From Paraphysomonas bandaiensis (taxonomy: Eukaryota > Protista > Chrysophyceae): DNA of 6,490 nucleotides. The position numbers and the translations under genes are program-made. The stretch is from contig CBFFRP010000547.1 in NCBI GenBank assembly GCA_965644295.1, positions 1 to 6,490 on the forward strand, in the 5' to 3' direction. The notes under the pieces were generated by a model that saw only the letters and a list, made by a program, of their open reading frames with translations, had not been told where the DNA came from and ran no database searches. This document shows positions 6,311 through 6,490 of this stretch, piece after piece (the first letter of the stretch is position 1; each line of letters begins with the position of its first letter).

Positions 6311-6490
6311 AATATTGTCCGAAGACAAGAAGATAACGAGAATACTCGTTGATTCAGAATCTGAATAACACCATAATTAGTTATATAATATCACGAAATA
6401 CTCAACACATCATGCATATATTATAAATTTTAATTTCTCTTCCCTGTTTACTCCTTCATTCCAAGCAACAGCGGCCGAAGGCGATGAAAA

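Noticed and set aside
5724-6368. 213-aa (+) and 156-aa (-) repeat-protein ORFs
   Set aside because: Both periods (66 and 69) are multiples of 3, so open frames on both strands follow automatically. There is no synonymous variation and no recognisable domain.

Overview
This window is eukaryotic-style repeat DNA, probably from a protist or other microbial eukaryote (an inference from the retroelement only). From left to right it has four parts. (1) 1-822, minus strand: the 3' half of a non-LTR retrotransposon polyprotein, with an RT-thumb LPxxxxGLG motif and a complete RNase H. The ORF track missed it because the frame runs off the window edge. It is cut off at its 5' side by (2) a ~101-bp x3 tandem array at 821-1140. 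(3) Two different long-inverted-repeat 'foldback' units abut with no gap. Unit 1 spans 1466-3788 (651/687-bp arms, ~1-kb interior with a 160-aa coiled-coil ORF). Unit 2 spans 3787-5602 (363/373-bp arms, ~1.08-kb interior with no intact ORF). Neither has a transposase or a target-site duplication, but both interiors are bounded by the same motif pair (TTGTTATAGT ... GCWATAACAA) next to a small hairpin. (4) 5728-6310: a CRISPR-mimicking higher-order tandem repeat of nine identical 43-bp units with alternating 23/26-bp linkers whose 13-bp cores are reverse complements. The paired foldback units with shared inner junction signals are the most unusual feature. All alignments were done by eye and no database searches were run.
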